64,000 bases of DNA from contig NC_090327.1 of NCBI RefSeq assembly GCF_035084215.1, positions 91,760,001 to 91,824,000 on the forward strand, given 5' to 3'. Under the pieces are notes generated by a model that was given only the letters and a program-made list of their open reading frames with translations, did not search any database and had not been told where the DNA came from. This DNA is from Heptranchias perlo. Its lineage: Eukaryota. Positions 39,740 through 53,481 of the stretch are shown here, one piece after another (position 1 is the stretch's first letter; the number at the start of each line of letters is the position of its first letter). The position numbers and the translations under genes are program-made.

Positions 39740-41330
39740 TTATTTTCCTTGCAGAAAGAAACAGCCTCCAACAGATGCTGATGGGTAACGACCGGAGGTG
39801 GCATGCAGCAAGCAAAATCTCTTACCCGCTATGAGGAGGCCATAATGAAATCGCAGGCTGAAAGACCATGCAAAGCATGGGAGATGCTTATATTTGTGGA
39901 GACGGCAACTCTCCTGGTATAGACAAGGTAAATGCATACATTCACTGTGCCAATTATTTTGATTTTCATGTGCTTCTGCAGTACTAAATTTTTTAAATAA
40001 TAGACCGCAAGCCCAGGAGCAGAAACCTAGGGGGAGATTTTAATTAGAAATGAATTTAGAGGCGGGTGGGGGAAGGGGCAAAGGTCAAACCCACTCGACA
40101 TAATCAATATGAGGCCCGGCCTATTTTAACTCCCAGGACTTATTTACATCCTTCTGGCTAACTGCCCGCCCGAAACGGGTGGGAAGAGGGGAGAGCCCGG
40201 GGCAGCAGAGACCCAGACTTTCCTTGTGGAGCCTGGAACAGTGCTCCTGCTCCTCCTGGCCCCACTAAAGAAAGTTTAACACTTACTCTACAGAGCCTCT
40301 TCTTCCTGCAGACCAGGTTTCACTCAGCGAGGTTGCTGCCCCACTCAGTCGGTGGTTAAAATGCTTTTGGGGTCCTGATGACATCATGGGACGTATGTGT
40401 GTATGTATTAATGATGCTACCGTCTGAGTCAGGTGGGTGCCTCGGCTGCCTGAAATGGGTTCCGTTAAGGCGGCGGTGGGCTGTAAAGGGGCGGTAAGTT
40501 TTCGGATGCATTTTTAACTGTGTTGGGTGGAGTGGGTTAATTTTGTCCCCCCTGGTCTCTTTGCTCCATATTGGTCTTGAAATTGAGGTGTGTAGATCTG
40601 TGATGCAGCCAATTGCATATTGACTGATCCCACTGATATCTCCTGCTAGTGGTGCAGTGGTCACTTTCACTTCCATTGAATGTTCCAACCAGATGTTGTT
40701 CCTTAGCTTCAGGCGTGGTTCCGGGAGCTGACATGGGTCACAAATCATATCCCTGTTGAGGGGTAGCCTCTGTACACACTGTTCCCTGCCAAGGCACATC
40801 TGCAATAGTTGCACTGCATCGAATAGTAGCTAACCCTTCTCCTCGGCTGTCAAACCTCCTGGGCCATCATTTCCTGTTTTTCATTCTCGTCATTCTCCAA
40901 AGTGTCTGACAGAAGATTTCATGCTTCACTCATACTGCTTGTTGACTGAAAGCCTTTTCTGACTGGTTTTGCACCCTGCTTTGTTTTGACCACCCACACC
41001 TCCCAGCTCTGGTAGCTTGCTCTGATCTTTTTACATCAGCTTCAATTATGCAGATCATGTACATTGAGAGTAAATTTGCATGTTCTCCATTGATTGCCAT
41101 TTAACAAGTACTTAACACTTCAAAGAATTACTAAAACTCAGTTAGTGCATTATTGTGCTGTGCAGTGCAGTTATAGCACTGTGGACAAAAGTTAGGACCT
41201 TCTCCATTAATGCTACCTCAGAAAATGACTACACTACCTTAATGCATAATTAGTATGTACACTGGTTTGAACGCTTAGAGAAAATGCACCATTATAGAGT
41301 GTACCATCAGTGTTAATGCCAGTAAAAGTA
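39740..41330. mobile_element. Decayed Harbinger (Myb exon on +, transposase remnant on -) with a MITE at about 40030-40552
   Basis: AG/GT-bounded 39755-39927 gives TTGGG..LTRYEEA with a stop; minus VKVTTA..GDISGISQ. Confidence 0.6.
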
Positions 41331-41331
41331 T

Positions 41332-42055
41332 GGGGCACAATTTTAACATTGAAAAACGGGTGGGTTGGGGGCAGGGAGGCATTGAAAATCACAACCATTT
41401 CAGACCCACCCCCCAACCCGCTCCAAACCTGCCTCCAATCCGCCCATTTCTGGTTTTCACTGGAACAGGCCGAGGGGTGGGCAACCAACCCGCTCCCAGG
41501 AGGCGAGTTGGTGACTAAAACCTTTCAAGGAGGCTGCGGCCCTCCGTTTTTACAGATTTTGCAATTTTAACTCCTGGGGGTCAGGATTCCCGAGCTTTCT
41601 CCTTCATGCCACATGCGAGGAGGCAAGAAGGCCCGAAACTGCAGGTAAGTGCCTTTCTGGCACAGCTTGTGGGCCCAGAGGAGCAGGAGTGCTTCCCCCA
41701 GGCCCAACAAGCCTACCTGCAGCGACCCCCCCCCCCCCCCACGATCTCCGATCCCCCCACAACGATCGCAGACTCCCCCCGCGACCTCCAACTCCCCCCC
41801 CTAACGATCGCAGACCCCCACGATGGCCCCCTTACCCCCCCAAACAATCGCGGACAGCTGCGAAAACCCCGGACCCCAACAATGACCCCTGATCCCGACA
41901 CCCTCACCTCCGTGACTGACTCCCCACATGCCCACCCATGTCCATCAGTGCCCTGTGCCCATCCATGCTCAAGTGCCCCATGCCAACCATGCCCCAGTGC
42001 CCAGCAATGCCTAACAGTGCCCCGTGCCAAGCAATGCCCAACAGTAAATAAATAA
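41332..42055. mobile_element. Harbinger-type non-autonomous element, left part
   Basis: ggggcacaattttaac end; C-rich acgatc and tgccc low-complexity arrays; no right TIR seen. Confidence 0.55.
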
Positions 42056-43110
42056 GGCAGCTGCCTGACTGCCAAGAAGAAAATCTAGAGTTTATACTTG
42101 ACAATATTCATTGCTATCTGGCACTCATTGACGAAGCTCCTCAGTTTCTGCCCTTGGAATGATGTTCCAATCCTTGAAACAACCTACTTCGCCACAAAAT
42201 TCAAACTCATCGGCGGACAGAGGTGTTGTGCTTACCTTACTTTCGATTCTGGTTAAAGTAATGGCTGTAAAGGAGTTTTGAGTAACACGTTAAGTTATTT
42301 TAGGATTTGAACTGGGACTGCATGAGCATAAGGTTAGAAATTGTTTGAAATACTGAGCAGTTTTTTATGACTTAAGTATTGACTAGGAAATTGTTTGACA
42401 GTAGTACTGACAATGGGCCATCATTGAAATACTGAGTGATGAGGTTGAGGGAAAGAGGGGAAATCAGATTCAAATTGTGAGTGGGGTTGAATTTGATTGA
42501 AAATGAGTGTGAAGGAATGACTTGACAGAAGTACAGAATGAGTTTTCTTGGGGAAGGGCCTGAAAATTGATTTGGGAGGGCGAATATTGACTGATGTGAT
42601 TGGTATGGATGGAGAGATTTATTTGAATAACTGAGTATCAGGGTGAATAACATACTGAGGGTTTAAACAAACCTAAAACACTATGTATGTGGTGGGAGTT
42701 GACTAATTGTGTAAGGTTTTGTCTAAAATGCTGTGTGCTTGTGTATATGGGTGGGTGGTTGGGGTGGGGGGAGGGGGGAGGGCGGCAGGCGGCAGGGGGA
42801 GGTTATAACCACTGACCCCACGTGAATCTTTAGACAATTAAGAATGCAGGACCAATTTGATGAGTAGGATTTGACTAATAAATCAGGAAGGAAATTTAAG
42901 GAAAATCTTGGAATTTTAAATGCATCATTGATTTTCTGATTTAATTATGCCATTTAACAACATTAATGGAGCAGATGGAGTTGAAAAATCATCTGGAGGC
43001 CAGTTCCACCGGATCCCAGCAGGTTCTGGGATTTCTGTCAGGAGTGACAGTGAACCTATTGAAAGTAGACTGTAATGACTGTCACATGTCATATTTTTCA
43101 TAATTACAAC

Positions 43111-44588
43111 AACATAAGAAATCGGAGCAGGAGTAGGTCATATGGCCCCTCGAGCCTGCTTCACCATTCAATAAGATCATGGCTGATCTTCGACCACAAC
43201 TTCACTTTCCCACCAGATCCCCATATTCCTTGATTCTCTTCGATTCCAAAAATCTGTCAATCTCAGTCTTGAATAGACTCAACGACTTGAGTATCCACAG
43301 CCCTCTGGGGTAGAGATTCACAACTCTTTGAGTAAAGAAATTTTTCCTCATCTCAGCCCTAAATGGTCGACCCCTTATCTTCAGACTATGATCCCTAGTT
43401 CTAGACTCTCCAGCCAGGGGATACAGCCTCTCAGCATCTACCCTGTCAAGCCTTCTAAGAATTTTATGTTTCAATGAGATCATCTCTCATTCCTCTAAAC
43501 TCCAGAGAATATAGGCCCATTCTACTCAATCTCTCCTCATAGGACAACCCCTCTTATCCCAGGAATCAATCTAGTGAACCTTAATTGCACCACCTCTAAG
43601 GCAAGTATATCCTTCCTTAAGTAAGGAAACCAAAACTGTACACAGTACTCCAGGTGTGGTGTCTCCAAGGCCTCTCAATTGCAGCAAGACCTCCTTACTC
43701 TTGTAGTCCAACCCCTTTGCAATAAAGGCTAACAAAGGTCCCAAGGACTATGGGGAAAGAGCAGGGGAATGGGACTAATTGGATAGCTCTTCCAAAGAGC
43801 CGGCACAGGCAAGATGGGCCGAATGGCCTCCTCCTGTGCTGTACCTACGATGATACTATTTGCCTTCTTAATCGTTTGCTGTACCTGCATGTTAACTTTC
43901 TGTGATTCGTGTACAAGGACACCCAAATCCCTCTGAACACCAACATTTAAAAGTTTTTCACCATTTAAAAAATATTCTGCTTTTCTATTCTTCCTACCAA
44001 AGTGGATAATTTTACATTTCCCCACAATATACTCCATCTGCCACCTTCTTGCCCACTCACTAACCTGTCTCTCTCCCTTTGCAGCCACTGTGCATCCTCT
44101 TCACAGCTTACTTTCCCACCTAGCTTTGTACCTCAACAAACTTGGATACATTACACTCGGTCCCCTCATCTAAGTTATTAATATAGATTGTAAACAGCTG
44201 AGGCCCAAGCGCTGATCCTTGCGGCATCCCACGAGTTATAACCTGTCAACCTGAAAATGAACCGTTTATTCCTACTCTCTGTTTTCTGTCTGTTAACCAA
44301 ATCTCTATCCTTGCTAATATATTACCCCCAATTCCATGAGCCCTAATCTTGTGTAACAACCTCTTGTGTGGCACCTTATCGAATGCCTTTTGAAAATCCA
44401 AATATACTACATCCACTGGTTCCCCTTTGTCTACCCTGCTAGGTACACCCTCAAAACACTCTAATAGATTTGTTGAACACGATTGCCCTTTCATAAAACC
44501 GTATTGACTCTGTTTAATCTTATTATGATTTTCTATGCGCCCTAATAATGGATTCTAGCATTTTCCCTACTACCGATGTCAGGCTATT
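43111..44588 (-). mobile_element. CR1 fragment with an opposite-strand CR1 tail nested at about 43734-43852
   Basis: YLDFQKAFDKVPH, WQMEY; nested + strand 3'UTR. Confidence 0.9.
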
Positions 44589-47500
44589 ACTGCTATTTTA
44601 ACACACCAATAATGTGTGCATATTACTGGTGTTCGGTGTTGCTAAGGACCTGTTGCAAAAATGATTGTAGAGAATTGATTCACTTCTTTTGACAGCGATT
44701 TTTAAATTTCAGGCACAAAAGACCACTATCCTTACACTGCCCCACGGATAGCTGGTACCCTGTTGCACTACTGTAGGTGTCTAAGGTCTGGAGCAGCTAT
44801 TTTCCATCCTTGCCTCACTGAGTCAGGCTCCCGGGCACAGTCATAAATACCACTGGGAGCCCACTTGAATGCAAATTAGGCTGACCCCAGTGAATTCACT
44901 GCAATCTGTTATGCAACAGTTGGTGGGAAAAGTTGTGCCCTGCAATACATACAGTGGCGCTGTTGCCATAGAGGCAAATCTCAGCCATTTTGACCAAATA
45001 AACTTACCAATTCTGTTATTTTAAATTTTTACCTGGACAACATTTTAGGCTAGTAAATATTCTTTTCTATTTCAAACCAGGCCTTGTATAACCCCTACAG
45101 TAATCACATTTGATCTACAGCATTTCTGTATATGCAGCATTAGATCAGATTTAATTTTCATGGAAAAGATGCATCATTTATGCTCAGTGTTATTTCATGA
45201 TATTGTCTATAATCTACAGGTATTGCATCCTGCAGATCTAATATAGGATAAGGAACATTTGATCAATCTGACATTATCATCATGGAAATAAAATTCAGTA
45301 GGTGAATCAAGACTCCCATATTCTTCCATTTAATAAATTTCAACTCGGATCTTTATCCTCCAAATTACATTCACCTTTCATCCTCTTTGGCGATATAAAA
45401 TATAGTGTCATAGCAAGTAACAAGAGTTAAGAAACAAGTATATTATTTTGTTACTAGATTATCATAATGTACGTGATTCACCTCTATAGCTTTCAGTCCA
45501 GTTTAATGGGGATTGATGAGATTTTAGGGTCTTGCCTTAGATATTATCTCGGGTGCAATGGTGTTGGTCACTTCCTTAAGTGGTCTGAGCATCATACGTT
45601 TTGGAGTGTGCCTGAACTGTCCAAAATCTAACTATGATAGCATAACCCAGCTTTTCAACAGCAGTCCTATCCCCTTGTGATCTAAACTGGGCATTCATGT
45701 CTTTCACACATGAGCTTCTTGAATTTCTCTGAAGGCCAACTGAGCAAACACTTGTGAGACAAGGCCAGAGACAAATTATTAGGCTGCTTAACTTCAAAGC
45801 ACAAACTACAGTTATGATTGAAAATAAGTAAATCCAATCATTACAACTTTGCTTCATGGAAGAGAACAAAATAATGAATATGCTGTGCTTCCCCCCTATC
45901 AGTGAGTCATCTTGCTTGACTTTTTTTTAAACAAAGGAGTGTAATAGCTATCCTCTTCTACCTTCTGACCTCGCAGCCTTTGCTGGCCGTACTGCCTCAG
46001 AGTTTTTTGTTTCAAAAACCTGATCAACTGCCTGTATCTCCATATCTGTGCTTTATCTTCCTCTACTCACAGCCTGAAAGGGATAAGAGACTATCCAATA
46101 CAACGGGTGTGAGCTGTTTTTCATTGCTGAGACAGGATAATAAATTGCTTATTATTTATGATCTATGGGGAAACCAGATCAAAGCTAGCTCAGAAGCATC
46201 TTAACTACCTATTATTTCAGGGGTATTTTTTAAAAACATGCATGAATATACTATGCTGTAAAACACAATATTTAAAAATAACTCCCTTTCTCCCCCAAAA
46301 CCTCTCTTTGGAAAAATGGCCAAAAAATACTGAAACATGTCAGGAGGTATGTTTTCTAATGAAGTAGCATACACATCAAAAAACATGTACATGTAGATGA
46401 AAAGTCAAATTCAAAATGTCAGGAAGCGTACCAAATTATGTGCCAAAAATCTAAGTTTTCTGGAAGCATGCCCTTTGACCCTTCTTGGAAAAGAAAATCC
46501 CTTGTGTACAGTAAACCCAGTTCTAACATGTCCACTATGACTTTGGTTCCGACCAAATAAATGAACAAATAATCAACTGCAATTTTGTGCAGATATCTAT
46601 GAAACATCTTACATTAATCATTAGTGCATTGTGAACTTGTACTTTACACCAAACATTTTGCTGATTTTGCAGTGATCAGAAAGTTACCACTGGCAGTAAG
46701 ACCACACAGAAGAGTTAATCTTGCATCATTGGTACTGTGCATCAACTGTAGTGTGATTGCAATCAGCGCGAAGCTAACTTATTAAATTCAGCAGGACAGC
46801 CAGCTCTTCTCTGAAAGTAGAAATTTCACCTGAATAAGGGTGATGAAGTAAATCCAATCCATTTAAGCATAAAGGTGTGTTCTCTCTAGCTCAAGAGCCG
46901 CGCAATTAGGGAGTTATAACTAAGGCTGCTCACTTATGCCACTGTCTGAAATGCTCCCAAACACTGCAGCATATTCTGCAGTACATCTACTACATTACAA
47001 ACTATTAAACAATGGGTATGTAAGCGTTCGGCATTCAAAATGGAGGGCACTGTCTTTAAACAAAACATGAACAACATTTTCAAGAAAGAAGGGAATGTAG
47101 TGGCCACCTGCTTTTTACAGATAACCACAACCTCCACCCCCTCCCCCACCACCCTCCCACCCCCCCGACCTCAACCCAGCCCGGAGACATCAAAAGCAGC
47201 GGATTATGTTCCCTTCTTTAAATGCTGTTCACTTGTAATATCTCCTAGTTCTGAGGAAGCATCTTAAGTAGGGTTGCTAACTCTGGTTTGATATATTCTG
47301 AGGAATTTGATCATGAAACAGTATTAACGGCTTTTTCTGGAATCCATTCCACTAATCTGTGGGGAAAACCATTTATCTAATATCAATTGAGGTTTGTTAT
47401 TTAGTATTTATCTTTCTTAATCCCAATTTCTGAGTGAGAACCAATAAATGTGAAGTGTGTTTTTAGTGTAGCACAATAGGAAATCAAGTCACAGTCAGCC

Positions 47501-48344
47501 CTTACACTCCTGCAGTGTGACAGTAGGGTACTATTCACACTACATAAAATCGACTCAAACTGAGTTCCTAAAACAACCTTAAATATCCTTTGTTAGATAT
47601 GTAAAGCAGATTCCACTTGGCAACACAACAGTCTTTTCTCCAAATAATAGCTCTTAATGAGAGAGGGACAGAGAAAGCAGAGAGGACAGATAAATCTTTT
47701 AGAAAACTCACAGCAGCAAAGAATTAATCAGAACTCAAGCCATAATCCCACTCCTGTCCTGTCCACTGTTTGATCTTGGACTTGGCAAAAGGTGGCAACC
47801 TGACTTCTCTTCTTCAATACTGACTTTGTTGGAGTTATGCTCGATCATTTCCAGTGACTAGAGAGTGCTTATGTGGAATTATTTGCCAGAAAACTAAAAT
47901 AGGATACCATTTTTGCTAGGAAAGATTGTATATGGACTGTGAAAGGAGCAGGTTTGATGAGCTGAATCGTCCTCTAAAGGCTCCATGTTTTACTTTTCCG
48001 TACCCTGGCTCTCCTCTTAACTAATCATGCTTATTGTGTGAAAACTTTGCAGCACCACGAATTTTCACTAGATGTAATACTCAGTTGAAGACTTTAGCCC
48101 CGATTTTAATTCAGGGCATGTTCGGGGCGGGAATGACGTCAAGGCAGCTGGTGACAGCCAGAACTCGTGCAGGAGCTGGATGCTGTCAGGGACCCAAGGG
48201 AACAGTCCCCAGCACAAGGTTAGTACTGAGGGGGAGGGGATGTTTCCAAACAGATGCCAGTGCTGGGAGGAAGATGGAAGATGGAAGATGGAAGGCAGGG
48301 GCTGTGGAGGCCCAAGAATTCGCTGCAGGGCTTGAAGGAGCAAT

Positions 48345-48487
48345 CGCACCTTCGACAAGTGCAGCGCTCCCTCGGTGCTGCACTGAAGTGTCAGCCTAGA
48401 GTGTGTGCTCAAGTCTCTGGAGTGTGGCTTGATCTCACGACCTCCCAACTAGAGGCGAGAGTGCTACCACCGAGCCAAGGCTGATAC
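48345..48487 (-). mobile_element. DeuSINE-like (SacSINE1/AmnSINE-type) 5' part
   Basis: gcagcgctccctcggtgctgcactgaagtgtcagcctaga..gtgctcaagtctctggagt; tRNA-like head. Confidence 0.65.
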
Positions 48488-50390
48488 CTTGGGAAAGCAA
48501 CATTGCCAATTTTTTTGTTTATACACACACAAAAATGCTTCAGATTAGAACGAAACTGGGACTATGATGGCAGCCTACGAAGCATGACATATCCTAAAAG
48601 CTTAGCTGACAAGGTAAGCAATGGGTAACAAGTATTTTGTTTCCTAACAAAGGCTGAGAAATGTCCCTTCTCAAGGATGTCAGCATATATTCTGCTAGAT
48701 AAGCAATCTTGAGTTTATCATCAGCTCTCTCTGTAGAGACAGGTGATAAGTTGTAAAGTGAAACCCCAAAGACACAGGAGGTGGTGAGGAGGAGGAGGAG
48801 CTGAAACAAGCAGAATACAATAAGGAAATGAAACTTGAAGGGGAAAAAAAAACCCTGAAAAAATCTCTACAGAAAATACAGAACACTTCTGTACCCGTCT
48901 GAACCTTCATTAAATAAATTTGTCTAATGTATTTTATCACAGCATAGTTGCATCAAATTTATTAATAAACCATTTCTACAATAAACATAATTTCCTGAAG
49001 TATCTCTAATGACCATCATACTGGTCAAAAGAAAGTACCTCGTAGGTTTACTTTTTTAAGGTTAATCTCGGTGGATGACAATGCTTGACAATGACATTTA
49101 GTGAGATAGATAAATTAAGTTATACAATTTAATAGCTAAAAAAGATATTTGGCAGTTTGAGTAGAATTAATTTAAACTTGACAAAAATCAATACTAGGTT
49201 TTACAGACAAATTGTCACAAGCTAATTACACTTATGATGAGGTAATACTTTGAAATGAGTGCTGATTACTACTAATAGGTCAAAAATCCAATAAGAACCT
49301 ATCATATTAGATCATAAATCATGTCATATTGCAAATTTTAAAAGTACAGGGTTTATCTTCAGTTATAATAGATATAAAAGAAACAATTGTAACGGTAGCA
49401 GAATGGTCAATAATTCTGACAAGCTGATATGATCATACAGCTTTAAAGTTTATCCTATCCTGATTATATATATGTTATTATCCACAGTACAGATGTACTG
49501 TATTTCAAAATATGACTTCTATTTTATACTATTGGGATAATTTTCAGTTTGTATTAGAATTATATGGTCCTTAAGGATTTAAAAAGAGGGATGTCCCCAA
49601 TTAGTTCACATAGCATTTAGTATTAAATTATCATCCAGCTAATACATAAGATGTCATATTGTAAATTTTAGAAGTACACTGTTAGTTTCCGTTTAAACTA
49701 GGAGCAGATTTCGTATCAATAATTACACTAGCGTCATGTGAATCTCCCACTTTGTATTCTCAGACAAACACGAAGGATGTGAAAGGCATTATTCCAAAAT
49801 CCAATTAGAGTAAATAACTGCCTATTTACTCTTGGCCAATTGTCATGATTGTGCTGCAAATTCACAACAAATGTTAATTTACAGTTTACTGATGAAAAGA
49901 ATCTTATGCCCCATTTATTGTAGCAAGTAGGAATTCTATGAAGGCATGATCTGGCTCTCATTTACCTCCAAATGACAACCTGCACAGTGCCCATCTCTCA
50001 CTCTTGATTGAGAGCTGCCTCTTTGATCCATTTCTAAAAGTTAGTAGCAAGAGATATTACAAACTAGGCTGAAGCCAAAAGTTAAACCAACAGTAGACAA
50101 AATAAAATGGGTTTTGCCAGCTCAATCTCTCTCACTTTTTTCCTAAATAACAACTGAAGGAATGCAAATAGGGCTGCTTTATGGAATCTTGCTTCCTTTA
50201 TCTCAAACAATAAAACTAAAATTTTAGAAAAGGTCTAAAAATAGCATCTGGCAGCTGATCGCGCACAATGCTTTGAATGTTTAATTTTTTACTTTTCTTT
50301 CCTATACCAGTATTAATCTGTTTCATAGACGAGCCACAGTGACAATAGCTGGTCTTAAAACCAGTTTTGTTGAATCGAGATGGCTTGCAG

Positions 50391-50524
50391 ACAGTTCTGA
50401 TGAAAGGTCATCAACCTGAAACGTTAGCTTTGTTTCGCTCTCCACAAGTGCTGCCTGACCAGCTGTGTGTTTTCCAGCATTTTCTGTTTCTATTTCAGAT
50501 TTCCAGCATCCGCAATATTTTGCT
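50391..50524 (+). mobile_element. Second Penelope-like short element with hammerhead motif (50393-50429)
   Basis: agtt ctgatga a aggt catca acct gaaa cg tt agct, followed by a pyrimidine-rich tail. Confidence 0.65.
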
Positions 50525-51377
50525 GCTGTGTTGGCTTGCTGACAGCTGGCTGACAATGACCATGTTTTCACATGCGTGTTCTCCCGGCTGATGGACAAAC
50601 TGACTTGTAATATAAACAAAGTTGTTTCAACAACAAGCGGGGAAACTGCAAATATAGAGAGCTTCCTTCAGAAGTTGATCCCTACCATAAGAATACTATT
50701 AGAGTACCAGTAATGGCTAATGGTTTGACAACTGTTGCACATAGTAGCATGCGTTGCACATCCTGGATTGTAAAACATTGAGCAATTGCAAGAAAGTAAT
50801 GACTTGCCTTATCAAAATAGTTAGAAATTTGCCCTTTATCACATTGAAATCACAATTTAAAAATCATCCATTTCATCACATTTAGAAATGTTCTGTTTCG
50901 TGACATTGAAATTCTCATTCATTACAGCATTTTAAACGTAAGAGTAAATTTTGCGAAGCTTCACTTCCAGTACAGAGCCTCGTTTGACAGCAGTGTGGTT
51001 CAGAGAACCAGACACATAGGTCCGTGTCCAATTTAAGGCACTGTTGACTTTCTGGTAATTAATTTTAATAGTCAGAAAATCAGGAGCACCATGAATCGAG
51101 CATGCTGACCTCGATCCTTGATTCATTGGCTCCTACTGGATGAAGCGCTATGTCTGAAGTGCAGCTGTGCAAAACCAAACCTATAATTCCGTTATAAATT
51201 CTTTAAGGCAATTTTAACTGCTTTACGTTATCTGAAATTGGTATGGTCATAGTCTGTACACTCTGCACTGTGTGTGACAAAAGTGTCAACCCATTTAGAA
51301 AGAACCAGATTACACAAAGAACAAATTCTTCAACCAGGTTTAATAAAGTATTCTTTTATAACATCCCAAGTATTTGA

Positions 51378-51450
51378 AAGAAAGACTTACATTTATATAG
51401 TGCCTTTCACGACCTCAGGACGTCCCAAAGCGCTTTACAATCAATGAACT
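51378..51450 (-). mobile_element. DeuSINE-like 3' tail
   Basis: atttatatagtgcctttcacgacctcaggacgtcccaaagcgctttaca. Confidence 0.6.
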
Positions 51451-52188
51451 ATCACTTGATAACAAAATGACCATTTCAATATGTATCGAAAGTATTCCCA
51501 TCCTTTTAATCAATTCCCATTTGAAGCAAGAAAGTTATTCATCCTGTATCCCTGTTTCTAGGATTGCTGTAAGCATAAGCATTACATTTAATCTTTTCTT
51601 CTTTTGGGAATTATATTTTCAAATTCATGTCCTATCTTAAAAGTTCAAAGGAATTTGCAAAATATCTTAAAAGAAGACGGGCGTATCCTAATTGCTTTCT
51701 TTAGCTCAATGCGTCGGGTTTTGTGATGTTTTCCACAAAATCCGAAAAGAAATGAAAAGCTGGAATTATGTGTTGATGCAGTCGTTCTACTTTTATCCTC
51801 AGGACAATTCCTTACCACGTGAACCATATTCTTACAAATAACTTCTATTAAAAATAGTTGAAAAAGAGTGCGACCCAGATACTTGACTGTATTCGGAGTG
51901 TTGTTATTTGGTAACCAGGGCCTGACATTAGCAGAGTTCCCCAAAGGAGTTTATGGTCTACCTCAAGTGCCTGTCACAAGCAGACAAATGCTGCTGACCA
52001 TTCTACAGGAAGCATGAGAAAAAAAGCGCAGGAATGTGATTCGCTCTCTGGTGCCAACACAGGTCCTGACATATTTGAGGCATGCATGAAGTTGGAGGTA
52101 AAAAAATGTTACTTTTTAGTACTTCCAGGCATTCACAATGTGAGATCAGAAATTTTATGTACAATTTTACTATTTATATGTGTACTTA

Positions 52189-52975
52189 TCATAGAACCAT
52201 AGAAAAGATACAGCACAGGAGGGGGCCATTCGGCCCATTGTGTCTGCGCCGGCTCGTAGAATAACCAGGTGCCCGTTCTAATCCCACCTTCCAGCACCCG
52301 GTCCGTAGCCCTGCAGCTTACAGCACTTTAGGTGCAGGTCCAGGTACTTTTTAAAAAGAGTTGAGGGTCCCTGCCTCTACCACCAATTCAGGTTGCGAAT
52401 TCTATACACCCACCACCCTCTGGGTAAAAAAGTTTTTCCTCATGTCCCCACTAATCCTTTCGCCAATCAGCTTAAATCTATGTCCTCCAGTTCTTGAGCT
52501 CTCCGCTAGGGGAAACAGATACTTCCTGTCTACACTATCTGGGCACCTCATAATTTTGTACACCTCAATCAAGTCTCTCCTCAGCCTCCTCTGCTCCAAG
52601 GAAAACAACCCCAGCCGATCCAATCTCTCCTCATAGCTGCAATTTTCAAGCCCTGGCAACATTCTTGTAAATCTTCTCTGCACTCTCTCCAAAGCAATTA
52701 CGTCCTTCCTGTAATGTGGTGATCAGAACTGCACACAATACTCCAGCTGTGGCCTTACCAGCGTTTTATACAGTTCTATCATTACATCCCTGCTTTTGTG
52801 TTCTATACCTCGGCTAATAACAGAGAGCATTCTATATGCCTTCTTCAAAACCTTATCTACCTGTACTGCCACCTTCAGGGACCTGTGCACATGCACTCCA
52901 AGGTCTCTCACTTCCTCTGCCCCTCTCAATATATTCCCGTTTACTGCGTATTCCCTTTTACAGTTTGCCCTCCCT
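52189..52975 (-). mobile_element. CR1 3' fragment
   Basis: RPQLEYCVQF, ERVQRRFTR. Confidence 0.92.
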
Positions 52976-53215
52976 TTACTTTAAATTTTAAAGAGACAGA
53001 TGTCTTACAAAAAATGATTAGACATTTACTGTCCGGTACACAATAAATTCAATATAAGTTGCTTAATCATAGCCAGTTCATTGAAAGTTTTTTTCTTTCT
53101 ATTCATTTACTGTTCTAGCTTTTTTATAAGATGAAATTAAACGTGATTCTTCCATCTCCAACATGATGTTACTTCTGACAGGTGATCGGAATGCCTAAGA
53201 AGATTTTTCTGAGCC

Positions 53216-53481
53216 AAATGCAAATTGCATTAAATCCTCGTGTCAACACTGATTTGCAAAGCTGCTTGAACGTAAGTCCACAGGCCTGACTAAAGTCTCG
53301 ACTTGCCTGCGCACGAAGCACCGGGCGTGGGTTAATAGCGGATCAGCTAACCAATCCGCTATTAACCAGCGCCCGGTGCTTCGTGCACAGGCAGGACGAG
53401 ACTTTCGTCAGGCCTGTGGACTTACGTTCAAGCAGCTTTGCGAATCAGTGTTGACACGAGGATTCAATGCAATTCGCATTT
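53216..53481. repeat. Long inverted repeat (128-bp arms, 10-nt loop)
   Basis: 53216-53343 versus 53354-53481, loop cagctaacca, few mismatches. Confidence 0.92.

Noticed and set aside
39755-39927. Host exon with good splice sites
   Set aside because: In-frame stop and similarity to a Harbinger Myb exon
41606-42104. Pro/Gly-rich ORFs on both strands
   Set aside because: Low-complexity C-rich repeats within a transposon end
48770-48902. Glu/Lys-rich reading frame (EEEEELKQAEYNKEMK..)
   Set aside because: No polypyrimidine acceptor or start codon; explained by purine-rich composition
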